Of a stretch of DNA of 64,000 nt, positions 49,701-62,340 are shown one piece after another. How positions within the stretch are numbered: position 1 is the first letter of the stretch; each line of letters opens with the position of its first letter. Source of the stretch: Orbicella franksi (lineage: Eukaryota); contig OZ116711.1 of assembly GCA_964199315.1 (NCBI GenBank), positions 1,116,001 to 1,180,000 of the forward strand. Reading direction: 5' to 3'. The notes below the pieces were generated by a model that made no database searches, had not been told where the DNA came from, and was given only the letters and a program-made list of their open reading frames with translations. Made by a program: the position numbers and the translations under genes.

Positions 49701-52700
49701 TTCTGACAAAACTGTTACGCTGTGCCACTGGGCAAGTGAAACATCTAGCTACATGTATTTAACAACTTGAAGCTGATTTAAGGTAAATTTAGTTAACTGC
49801 TGTTAGAGCAATTAAGTTAGCAAGGCTGACATTTTCAGCATCAGCACTTTGTCAGAGCAAAGTGACACAAAAGGGCTGATGCTGATAAAGGGCTAATGCT
49901 CAAAATGCCAACCTTGCTAACTCACTATAACAGCAGTTAATTAAACATTATCAACTTCACGTCGGTAAAACAATAGGTGTTTCAGTGCACTTTGTTGGTG
50001 TTTTTAGCAAAAAAAATGATAGCTTCTTCTTATTCACTTGACCAGATTCAAGAGATGATTCATTAGAGGTGAATAATTTCTAAAGTTATTATGAAAAACC
50101 TAACCATTCCAGCCTTTCTTTCACTTTTGCATTGGGCTATTTAGGCCAAAGATTTGTTACTTGTTATATATCTAGAAAGTAAATACTGGGTTTTATTTTA
50201 TGACAACAGTTCTGAGTTCACTGACCTGCCATAAAAAATGTGTCATGTGCATCACGAGCTGGATGCTGCTGAGGTTGAAACAAAGAGTCAAAATTCCAGA
50301 ATGAGCTTTCTACAAAGTTGTTGGTAGGCATCTCTGAAAACCTGATGAAAACAAAAATTCCTCTGCATTGAATAACTCCCATGCTGCAAATCAGATCTAA
50401 TTTTCAGTGATTCTGATATCATTTAGTAATAAATTAACAATACTCACTTACCCCATTTCCAAAAAGATTTGTCTGAACTGTGCTCTAACTTTCATCAAAG
50501 GATGAAGATGTCCTGATGTTGGTATAATTCCTTGTGCATCAAAATTGTACGGCTTGAACTGTTTTGTTTTCCAGGAACCACTGAAGAATAAACAGAGTAT
50601 TCCAACAGCAGGGTATCATCACAAAAGACTTCGTACTGAACGACAAAATATAACAATTCTAATCATACTTGAAAATAATTATCCAGGGATACATTTTATA
50701 ACGCACCTTGCCAACATGTCTGCAGTTAAATCAGCTTCTAGTTTTGTGGGTGATGTGCTGAATTCACTGCCTTTTGTCACATGAAAACTCTTGATGATTC
50801 TAACAAATTGAGATGAAATGATTCACTCAATATCAGTTGAAAATAACATAGTCATTTAGAACTCTAAAACAATTAAAAAATGGTAAAGATTAATGTAGAA
50901 GTTGTACCATAAGTTAGTGGTTATTATTAAATTCTGTGTTTTGAGTTGAGATTGTGTCTGAGTGTTGGTTTCTTAGGTAAGGCTCTACACCTACGACACT
51001 CCTCTCTATCTCCTGCCCTTCACCACCCATAGGACTGCAGAAAAGGAAGTCTAGCATTACCATGAGAAAGATTTAGCCCCTTTAACTCTAGTTTACGTTT
51101 GGTAACTCAAGGGATCGGAGGATGTTTATTGGAGAGGGGGCATTTATACATCTGATTGAGTACACTGAATGCAGAACAATACTTTTAATTAATGAAAACA
51201 ACAGATGATTTTATGCTAAACAACAAATGGTTTTAATATTTCAAGAACTGTAACAGTGGGCCTCTGATAGTCATAATGTTCAATATTTCGTTTATATGAG
51301 AAAGCAGAATTCATAATTCATTCATCTGATCAGTCTGCTCTCTATCAATTTCTTGAATGTTAATTTCACTATAGAGGTGGTTAATGGAATGGTGTGCCTA
51401 TTGGAATAAGAGAGTGCTTTATTTATTAGAAAGGGTGTGCTTATTGGAAGCTAGGAGGGTGCTAAATAATAATACAGGCTGAATTTTGGTACAACATACA
51501 TCACCTATATCTTGCCTACACCCCTCAGTCTTACTTTGCTGTATGCACTCACTGTGTTTTAATCAGCTTCCTTTTCTTTAATTCTTTCATCTTTGCATCA
51601 GAGATATCCGACAGCTTATGATCCCTGATCTTCATCAGAGCAAGTTGTACATCATCTTCTACATTCTCTTCCTGAGAAAAAAAGGGCATATTTTTAATTT
51701 GTTTTGTTTTATTTGGAAACTTGCAACCCTGTCAATTGTTAAAATTGCTAAAATCACAATGTTTATGTGACAGTTGAACCCATGTGTAAGATTAGAATGA
51801 GTTCAGCTTCTAATCAAAGCCACTAAGTCCTGAAGGAACAAGTACATAAAAAAATGTTTGAAAAAGAGTTGGCATCCACAGTACAGCCAGATGGCAATTT
51901 GTCTAAAAGCCTGTCTATCCCCTTGATAATACTGACGACTCTCTCCCTATAAAGTGGAATCACAATTTCTCAAACCCTTGTTATTTTGAACCTCCTGATA
52001 ACTCAAACCAAACGTTGTTTCCCTCGCCTCAACCAAACACTGTAATTTTACCCCCGATTTCTTGAACTATCCCATTCTTCAAACCAATTTTTGTTTCCCT
52101 TGGAAGTTCAAAAAATCAGGATTCCATAGATTATTTTTCTTGGAAAATATGTTGGCCTCACCTTCCTCATTACTCTGGGTCCTCCCTCTGCAGTTTTGTT
52201 CACTTGAAGCCAGCCTGCTGACATGGCTTTACTAAAACCCACATTAGTGTGTGGACCAAGTTTCTGTTGACATGAAAACATCAAATACATTTTTAATTAC
52301 AGACTTCTTAGCTGTGTTAGATGATGTGCTTAAAGTGTGTTGACCAATACATTTTTCATGTCTTAAGGTAACTGTCAACCCACCCAGCCCAAGGAATCAT
52401 GACCAATCATAACCTGATATAGTTTCAGCTAGATGATGCATTTGATGGGCTTCACAGATATACTTGCCAACTCTCTCACCACACTAAATTGAGTTAAAAA
52501 CCGAAAATGATTTTACATCTTTGTGCTGCCCCCTCCTGTTTTTGGTGGGGAAGGGGAACAATCTGGATTCAATTAAAGGTGATGGTAACAGATTTACAGT
52601 ATACTGACTGGAGCTAAGACATTAGTAGACAACAACAGTTTATTTTTTTCTACTACTGTAAACAACTAAAAGAATTTACAAGATTATAATTATAAATATA

Positions 52701-53482
52701 TAAATAAACAGTACAGTACATACAGTAGTGGGACACCCAAAATAACTAAAAAGCTAAACTAGTTGGGTGACCGTAATTATAATAATTAAAAATGTAAGAG
52801 TCAGGAAAGAGGCACAACAAATACATTGCAATATTGCAATATTACAATATAACATTGCAATATTGGTGACGATGAACAGAAAATGCTATCTAATTTAGAA
52901 GGTTAACATTAACACTAGTATCCTGAGGGTACCCCTGTGGGATGGGTTCTGCCCAACCCCAACTATGTTATTTTACACAGGAAACCCAAATATTGAAAGC
53001 AAACATAATGTTAAGAAATAAAAAAGCGCAATGAACAAAACATAGCAACCGATTTCCTTGTGCGTACCTTGATTTCCGATTGAAGTAATCCTTCTGCTGG
53101 AACAGCTTTGAAAACAAGAAACTCGTGGCTTCCTTTCTCAACAATTTCACTTCCTTCCTCGGTCAGCACCCAGCCTTCTGTTTGGCGTTGCTCGACATTT
53201 ATCACCTCATAAAACAAAATTTAAAGTTCTATGAATAACATTTCACTCATCCTAATTCACAAAACAAAGATGAAATTTTTCGATATGAAAGAACTACATA
53301 AAAATGCAATTCTCTTCACTCAAAAATTTAAAACTTACATCTCCGAGAGCATGAATGCTCTTTACACTTCCAACAATGGACTGATGGTCTTTTCCACATT
53401 CATTGGCAAATTCAAATGTCTCTATGCTTCCTCTCTCCTGTACAGCTTCCAGTACAAGTCTATCTAGAGACTGAGTCCCCAT
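46713..53482 (-). CDS. FARSA: Phenylalanine--tRNA ligase alpha subunit, cytoplasmic
   Basis: 13 exons: 53482-53339, 53205-53068, 52263-52162, 51671-51553, 50799-50707, 50580-50452, 50341-50226, 49562-49472, 49051-48952, 48584-48416, 48183-48106, 47829-47715, 46821-46713. They total 1503 nt = 500 aa + stop. Motifs include [81 protein letters not shown] and AWGLSLERP. Confidence 0.97.
48746..48908. mobile_element. MITE of the 'agaaaatatccatac' TIR family, in a FARSA intron
   Basis: tgtgcagttcaagaaaatatccatac...gtatggatattttctggaactacaca. Confidence 0.8.
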
Positions 53483-53724
53483 GATGTTAAATTAAAGTGA
53501 AAGTTTCTAAAGCGAAACTAGAAAAATTTCAACAGAAATAAGTACCCATCCTATATGAAGTACTACAGGAAGAAATGTAGAACCGCTGCATTGTTATATT
53601 ACCAAGGAGATTAGAGCCCGCCGGGAATTACACTCTAGCAGTTTTCCACGAGAAAATGAGAGTACTTCATGTGACTTCTCGTGTATTGTCCCATATTAAA
53701 ATAAGGAGTGCGTGTCAGGAAAAA

Positions 53725-56700
53725 ATGGCTTTGCTGTTGTTGTTCGATTTCATAAATTTTCGCTTTCACGCGCAAGGAACAATAGTCGAAGGTGTTGGTG
53801 ATGAGGTGCTAATTGGTCTAGCGTCCACTTTGGGACTCATAGCATTAGTCAGTGTTCTATACAACACTCAGGGAGGCCAAAGAAACATTCACCCTTTGCA
53901 AGAAGAACACGTCCGTCTTGTGCGTGACAGACTTGGTGTTGTACAAGAAGGAAGTGATACAGCCGCGAATGAAGGCCCTACACTGCCTGATCCACCACCT
54001 GTTACATATTCTACTGATAGACGATGCCCCGTTTGTCTTGCGGACACGAAATTCTGCACGACAACCAACTGTGGACATGTATTTTGTGGTATGTCCTTGC
54101 TTGATCATGTCGTTATAACTAGGCTTATTCAGTTATTGATCTGTGATCACGATCAGTAATAACCTCATTTTCTTCTTACAATTTGGTCACCCATAACAGT
54201 TTCGAACACAGTTCGAACGTTTCGGTTTTGCTTGGGGGGTATTTTCTGTGTGTGTGTGTCTGTGTTGTTTTTTTTTTTGTATTTGTGCCAAGCAGATAAG
54301 CTTTAGTCTCTAGTCAGGTTTCCATGCGTCAGTCTGTTGTTAAAAGAATTTCGTCGTTCCATTGTCGGGGTGCATATAGCTTTAAATCAAAGAGGCTAAA
54401 CTCTAACAAGGCTAAACTTTCAAACTCTGCGCACAATGGCTTCATCTACCTGTATATCATCTATACTGCTATTGATGATGAAAATTAGCCACTCAGTGTG
54501 TGTGAGAAATTTGACAGTTGTTGTGAAAATTTCATTGCTTGTGTTTCCTGTTTTTCAGCTCCATGTATAATAACATATTGGAGGTATGGCAGATGGCTTG
54601 GTGCTGTTAACTGTCCTGTATGTAGACAACAGGTAAGGATACAATTTTTTCAATATAGTAAAATTGTCTATAATCTGGAGCAACTTATTTATAAATCCGA
54701 TCCAATAATGTCATTGTCATCAACCTCCTCTTTCTCGTGATCCTGAAATCAACTGCTGGGCAGATATAGAATTTTAGAGAAGGGAGTTTGAGATGCAGGC
54801 CACCAATGGTGTTCCCCTGTTGGGAGGTTGGGGAGGCATCCCCCAGAAAATTTTTAAAATTGAGGTCCCCAGAAATGAGTTTTCCAGCATTCTGAGGATA
54901 AGTAAGCGTGTTATAATGTCTCATTTTTTTATTTAGGGGGCTTGGCCAAACCAACCAAACCTCCCTTGATCCGGCCCAGAATTGTAGAGTTACTTCCCCA
55001 AAAAAGAATGTAACACTTAGTAGTTGAAGCAGTGACCATCCTCTCCATTTTAGTACTTTCAAACCTTTGTGATAGGTTTCTTTTCCCAATTCAAGTCAAA
55101 ATGCAAATGACCAAGCCTGTTTACATTTTTAGGGGCTCTTCATATGAGCCCAGCAACTGGGCTGTCTCGGTTGTAGTGACTAATTTTGTTGTCTGTTCAT
55201 ATGGGAAATTCCAGTTCAGTCAACCAGGATGAAATTCAAGAAACAAAATTAACAAAATGGTCATTGGGAGTAGACCCATCCTCGTCTGGTTGTAACACAT
55301 AGACAAAAAAGAGACAGCTTTTTATATTACAACTCTCCAAAAAACAAGGCAAAACATGAGCAAACGAAAACAAGCAAGGATTGCTGTTGTTCCTGCACAT
55401 GGTTATTGCATCTCGTAGTTGTTGCTGGCACATTTCTTTGTGCTGCACTGCAAGTTTCCACTTCTGTGGTTCTGCTGCAATGAATAGATCAGATGGGAGG
55501 GATGAAAACGTTGGCAAATCCCTAACAACCTCTCAGGTCCCCTTGGGAAGCTGGTCAGTAGCCTGACCACCAATGGGCAGCCACAAACATTTAGCAGGGA
55601 GACAGAGACAAAGGTACTTTAAAGTATATGTCTTCAAAACATTTTACCAGCCTAGTAAAACATGAAGAGGTAATAGTTGTGTAGGTTATATAGCTTTTAA
55701 GGGGTATTTATCTTTTTTATTATACATTGAACTCACTCTTTTCTGATTGGCCGGGAAGTGTACAGTGAATTTTTGAAAACTGCGCCTGTTACGTCATGAA
55801 GCTGCAGATTATACAATAATCGTGTCAAGGACACTCAAGGTCACAGGTAATCATGTCATGGTGGTGCATGTTTTCTAAGGGTAATCATGTCAAGTTCGGG
55901 CGGTGTGTGTTGCTTGATTTTTTTCCATTCAATGTATTAAAAAAACAATTATTACTTTCAGTTTTTGTGACATCCAGAATAATTAAGGTCTCGGTAAGGG
56001 TTATCAGCCTCAGCCTTCGGCTTCGGCTGATAACCCCTACCTCGACCTTGATTATTCCGGATATCATAAAAACCTCATCCAATAATTGTTTAAAACTTGT
56101 ACCTTAGCACCTTAATGGATCAAGAAACACTGTCCGGTTAACTTAAATCTTTTTGGGATTTATTTTAATTAGCAAATCAGGTCAGTTTTCTTATCAGTGT
56201 CCTTAAGGAGGCTTACTACATTTTTGATGGATTATAACAGCCCAACTTCTGACTCTTTGAAAAATGTTTCAAGATGTTTTTCCTTTGTCTATTTACTGTT
56301 TGGTTAAGTCTTTTACCATTCTATGTGAAACTTGAACAATTAAACATCAACAAGTGGCCAAAATGAACGACTGAGTACCTAACGAGAGACTGGGCACTAG
56401 CAGATTAAATCATATTTTTCTCGAAACCTACCTGTATGACCCCACCTCAAAATTTCAGGAATAAGCAATTGGCTCTGATTGAACATTCATGCAGAGTGAA
56501 ATAAAAATCTGTAGGACAGATTTTTTGCAAACTAAGGAAATGTGAAATCAAAAATAGCTCCAAATCGGTCTTGCAGATTTTTTAAAAATTTTTTGGCCCT
56601 AAACATGATTCACCCCTACAAATCAAAATTCTGTGAAAATTTCATCATGGGTTGTATGGTAGGTTTTCGAGCAATCCTCAATCAAAGGTTGGCTTTTACA

Positions 56701-57984
56701 ACCTTGGATGAGAATTGAATTGCGCATGGCCTTTATTATAGCGCACACTCGTGTGACACCATGTATCATGTTTGAGAAAGCAAGAGTAAATTAGAGCTCT
56801 TTTACCTGTTGTTTAGTCAGTTTTTTTGTCATACTTTTTTGGCCCTAGGCTTAAACACATGTTTGAACAAAGTTTGAAACTATTGCTACGTATACTGAAG
56901 TGATATAACACCTTCAAGTGCTGAAGTGGTTTTCGTTTCTTGTTAGAGTTACTCGCATCAGTTTTGCATGCGCAATTAATACTGACGTCTGGCAGGCAAT
57001 CGTAGTGCATGCTACTGAGTCTCCCAAAAACTGTAGTAAGCCACCTTAATATGGATGGAATGAAGTAAAATGTAGAGTTGTAACAGCCTTTTTGTCTTAT
57101 CTTAGGTCACAATCCTATTTTCCAATTTTTCTGAGGAGGATAGGGCATTACCAGATGCTATTCAATATAGACGTGAAATAAATGAATACAATAAAAGATA
57201 TTCAGGAGTACCAAGACCAGTAAGTAACTGTTTTTAAGTTTTAAACAGTCAATACTGTAAGAAGTATGTAGTTACTGTAAGAGATGTTGGGCTGTAGGTT
57301 TATTTGAATGAATTTATGTAGAAGTAGATGGCTAGTAGACTACCAGATATGTTCTTAGAAAAGAAGGTTCGCGTTGCTCTGACCTCAATATGCATCTTTA
57401 TGGTGGAGCTGTCGCACAAAATGGCGGCCATACTCCAGCTAATAGGTTGGCCGAGACGTGCAGCCTTGGTCTACAACGTACATTAATTGACACCTGTCAA
57501 AACAAGGTATCTGCTGACCAGTATCACATGGCCATATTGTGGGCTCAAGTTTAGAGCTCAGTGAGGTCATGGGGTTTTTTTGAAGTTGATGACTGCCCAG
57601 GTACTGGTTTTCAATTGGATCGCAGGCTCAAACCAGGTTAACTTACTGTAATCAGGAGCTCTGCTTTTAGACTTGGCTAAATCTATGAATAATTTATTTT
57701 TCTTGCAGGTCATGGATTATATTTATGACCTACCAACTCTTCTGCAACAACTCTTTAGTGAGCTGTTCTCTGTCGGAGGACTGGTGTGGGTTCTAAGACT
57801 CAGAATCATCTTGTGTTTCTTTGCGGCAGCCTTGTACTTCATTTCTCCTTTGGACATTATCCCAGAGTCTGTGTTTGGATTTCTGGGCTTGTTGGATGAT
57901 GTACTTATTATCTTGCTATTGCTGGTGTACATAACAGAAATGTACAGGAGAGTGATTGCCAACAGAGCTGATGAGACCATGTGA
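53725..57984 (+). CDS. RNF170: ER-membrane E3 ubiquitin ligase RNF170
   Basis: Exons 53725-54088, 54559-54632, 57106-57219 and 57709-57984 give 275 aa; the start ATG is uncertain. Features: N-terminal VEGVGDEV plus a TM segment; C3HC4 RING CPVC..NCGHVFC..CIITYW..CPVCRQ; INEYNKRYSG; C-terminal TM region with YFISPLDIIPESVFGFLGLLDD. Confidence 0.94.
55945..56092. repeat. Palindromic interspersed repeat in RNF170 intron 2
   Basis: aaacaatt...tcagtttttgtgacatccagaataattaaggtctcggta...cttgattattccggatatcataaaaacctcatccaataattgttt form imperfect inverted arms around ttatcagcc...ggctgataa. Confidence 0.6.
56207..57045. mobile_element. Kolobok-type non-autonomous DNA transposon, 839 bp
   Basis: TTAA at 56203-56206 and 57046-57049 flank TIRs ggaggcttactaca / tgtagtaagccacc (1 mismatch). 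No transposase ORF. Confidence 0.78.
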
Positions 57985-58403
57985 AGGACAAAGATTTAAG
58001 TGTATATGAAAAACTTCCATGTACAGATAATAACTATAACTAGATTATTAAGTTGTTTTTAAAATGATTTGTGTATATATGATAAAAAAGCGATGTTTCG
58101 TTGTTTTATTACCATTTAAAGTAGAACTTACCTGCAAATAATTTATTGTGTTCATTGTGTTCACTGACTTACCACTGCAACTACTGTTGCTGCTTCTTTC
58201 GCAGCAATCGCTACAACAGAAGCTCCTGAGAGAGCCTCTGTTGCGGCTATGGCTGCTGCTGTTACCCCTTCTGCTACCTATGCTGCTGTCTGTGCTGCTG
58301 CGGATGCAGTGGCTGGTTGCATTGTTCGCTGGGTTCGGATGTTCTGTCTACAATGAAATACCAAGTTGACAATGAATTAAACAACAATAAATTAGCGAGC
58401 AAG

Positions 58404-58728
58404 TGACTGATTGACTGACTGAGTTACTGACCAACTGATTGACTGATTGACTGATTGACTGATTGACTGATTGTCGGATTGACGGATTGACGGATTGACT
58501 GATTGACTGATTGACTGATTGACTGACTGAGTTACTGACCGACTGATTGACTGATTGACTAATTGACAGATTGACTGACTGACTCACTGACTGGCTGACA
58601 GATTGACTGATTGACTGACTGATTGACAGATGAACTGACAGGCAAACATATTGGCAGACTGACTGGTTGACAGTTTCACTGAGTGATCTGCTGACTGACT
58701 GACTGGCTGGCTGGCTGACTGACTGATT
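58404..58728. repeat. Compound (TGAT)n/(TGAC)n tetranucleotide microsatellite
   Basis: About 320 bp of tgac/tgat units, ending in (tggc)n. Confidence 0.95.
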
Positions 58729-61700
58729 GTTTGACATACTCACTTACTGATAACATTTACTTAAGCTGTAACCCATGCATGAAGGCAACTAACAGTACTG
58801 ATGAATCACTAGCCTGGGAAACAGACTTCTACTGACTACCTTGAACTCTACTGATATCTGCTTGAGCTGTTTTGATTACAACAGATAAGGCTTCTGCTTG
58901 TCATTTTGGTTCTGATCTAGTTAAAAATGAATCAGCAAGTTAGCAAACCGTCAGTTGAACCTAACTGTGAACATGTCACAAAGAAACACGATCTTACTGG
59001 TTATCAAATTAGTGCTTGTCAAACATTTGAAACTTTGAAGATCATAATTGTGCCCAAACTGCTACACAATTCGAATTACTTTCTTAAGTTGTTAAAATGT
59101 TTTCATTAAAAAAAAAATAATAATGTGAAATAACCTTCCAACCTGGAATTTCTTTGTCTAGGGAACTCGTGTTTTAAAGTTTCACCTGTACCTTTCTAGT
59201 GAGAACATTTTGATAACTCAATAAAATGATCTCAACCATGCTTCAGTGTGGAAAAAAGTTCACTTTACATTCTGCAAAACTCGAAATGAATGATGGCAAA
59301 TCATGCGATGATTTATTTCCAGCTCATTTATATTTTATCAGAATTAAATTGATAAATATTTATCCAACTCTCACTATATGTGTCGTTTAATTAACCTTGC
59401 GGCCTGGAGCGAGCGCGAACTGGTCATGATTCTCGCGCACCCTCACAGCATCAGCGATGAGACACACATGCTTCCTCGGCCACATGATCTTTAAGACATT
59501 TACGAGCTGATTTCTCTTCTAGGATTTTCGCATTCCCAGGCGCATTCGACGCGTAGTCCACCTTCACTTTGAGCAGGATCGGAGGTCCACGTGCGTGTTT
59601 CACGCGTGACCATCTTTCCCCTTTAACAAATTCTCGTCAATCACATTTCTTCCTATCTTCGCGCATCCTCCAGAGTTCAGCGATGAGATACACTCCCTTC
59701 GTCGATCTCAGAATCTTTGACCCATTTACGAAATTTTCTCCCTTCTTCGCAGTTCTGGCATTCACTGCCACGTTTACCTTCATTTACCGCAGGAAGTTCT
59801 TTTCTGCCCTCCTTTAGAAAGGGTCGCGGATTGGCGGATTTGGCTTCAAAAGCCGCACGGATATAATGCGGACTTGTGTGATAAATTAAGCGCATTCGCG
59901 GATTTCTAAAATACGGTAGATCATGGATCAGCTGTGAATTTCAACCCGGATTCCGGTCTCTACCCTTCTTGAAGTTCGGATCATGGATCCTAACCGAATC
60001 TCCGGATCATAGATCTTTGCTAGGCTTTGGTCGGCACGTTAGTTTTATCCACTTTCTTTCTTTTTTCGGACGAAACTCAATTATTTAAACTCGGGTTTGA
60101 CATTGCTATTGGAATTGTGTAATCCTTACCGAGGATTACACAACTTGGCAAATGGCATCCACACTTATCAGTTTATCTACCGATGAAGATCATTCGCTGC
60201 CTTAAGATTAGAATTTGAGTTATCGTCCGATGATTTCCGAAATAAGCCAGTAATCCCCAAACTTATCTGAGACTATCCTTGATTGTTCGCGGGTGCCTCA
60301 AAAACTTCCAAAAAGAGTCCCAGGCAAAGTAGTTTTGGTTGCAGAGCAACTTTAGCCAAGATAGTGCTCATTAATTCATTTGTGAATTTTATTTGTGCTT
60401 TAGATGATTGTATAAACAAACATTGGATTTCCCAACCCCCAAAATGTGCGATTATCTCCTTCCCTATTTCGATTCAGACCTGAAACAAAAACCAATACCT
60501 TATTCCAAGCCAGACCCTACCTTAGTTTGTAAGATGTTTGTTTTTGCCGTCACCCATGGGGGTATGTACGCACAAGTAGGGCCATGGTTTTTGAGCCATT
60601 TTAGTCTAAAATAGCGTACACAATTTGCAATTTTGGTCTGCAATATGGTATATACGCACTGATTAACACTAAGGCATAATTCTTGGAGGGAACTATTACA
60701 GGTGACTGGCTCCTGCTATTACAGTGCCCAGGCCATCACCTGGCTGTTATCATTGTTGGTATTCATCTCTAACCATCTCTTGGGAAGTGTGGTCGGGCAA
60801 TTTACATCAGGGATTTGAAGACCTTCTCTATTTGTAGACGGTCTTAGGAAGGGTCTGATCTGAAATAAGGTATCGATTTTTGGTTCAGGTCTGAAGTAGG
60901 AAAGGAGCTAATTGCATATTTTGGGGGTGGTGGAATCCGTTGTTCGCAGTGAAACTACGCCACAAAAACTTTTCAAACAATGCGGTCCGGATTTGAATGA
61001 AAATCTTGGCGGATCTTGTCGGCGGATTTTTGGAATAATAGCACGGATCGGTGGATTTATGTACCCCGTTGCCATGAAAAGAAAGAGTGAAAAATAAGAA
61101 TTAATTAACGTGTAAATTAGGTAACTCTTCGTATTTTACGAATATACGTACGTATTTTGAACGAGCTTGTACAGCTCTCAGACATAACGTGTCTGAATAA
61201 AGTATTGTATTGTATTGTGATAATATTTGGAAAATTGAATTGTTTTTTCAAAGTTTAAGTGTTAAATTTCTTGGATGCCCAGACGGTCCTGACTGAAATT
61301 ATTATATTTGAGTCAATATGAATCGTACTTGCTGTAATTAGAATCTGAAAGTATGACCAGAGATCTTATCTTAAAACCAGCTTTAGGAATATTTTTTTTA
61401 AATCTAAAACTTATCCAAAGAAAGGAATGGAAGAAGGAAGGGTGGAGATTCTAGACTTTCCTTTCATTTCCGTTTTCTTTTAACTCGGGGTGGACTCCCA
61501 TGAGAAAGTCGTCGGAAAAAGGAATTCTTGAAAAGGAAACATTTTGACGTACAGTGCAAGTGCGCTCATAAGACTGGTCATTGAGTTTAATTTTGGGGAC
61601 CAGGCCTATCGGAACCGTTCGGGATTCCTTTGTTTGTGCTTATGCTTATCTCCTTATATGGTGAGAACCAACCTCAAAAGAACCGGTCAGCGGTAGGAGC

Positions 61701-62340
61701 AGTATAAAAGATTTGCAGATGCCTTTTTCAGGCCTCTTTGAAGAATTCAAAGTAAGGTTAAGGAAGTGTAATGACATGTAATTCTTTACTGTTCATGTTT
61801 TCAAATACTATTCAAGAACTATTTTACCTATTTTACCGCACAGATTCTAGTACTACACAGTACATTCAACTTCTGCGAGAAACAAAGACAAACGCACGCG
61901 CGCTCTTTCCTTTGAACAAGAAGACACAGTGTAAAAGGACAAGGTTACTGGGGGAAAACTTTGCAGACTATTTCTCGGAACGAGACATCATTTTAAACAA
62001 GAATACAATGAACATTTTACTCTCAACATTAGTTGCCTTTTGGGCTGCACAGCATTCTGAAGCGTCCTGACAAACTTGCATTGGTATTTTGCCATCAAAT
62101 GTATAATATGTTTTCGTCGACCTTGGATACAAATATCGTAACAGGTGTCCTTGTTCTACGCGTTATTTATCCTTCATCACATTTTTAAGCAGAAAAACGA
62201 AAGTGAGCCGTACGAAATTCAAATCAGGTTTGGTTTTACTCCACCACATATTTTGTTAAAGAGCTTTGAGAGAGCCACAGAGCGAGTTAAAATATCCAAA
62301 CAAGTTGTGAATCTGGTGCTACAAAATGCAAAAAGCGTTT

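Noticed and set aside
58126-58140. AG|GTAAGT as a recursive (zero-length exon) splice site
   Set aside because: It is only 41 nt from the upstream donor, and CAG|GTAAGT is simply the consensus 5' splice site.
58148-58369. 73-aa Leu-rich plus-strand ORF resembling a membrane peptide
   Set aside because: It is the reverse complement of the gca-rich segment; the splice signals are on the minus strand.
58348-58743. 131-aa ORF rich in SQSV repeats
   Set aside because: It is a translation of the (TGAT/TGAC)n microsatellite.
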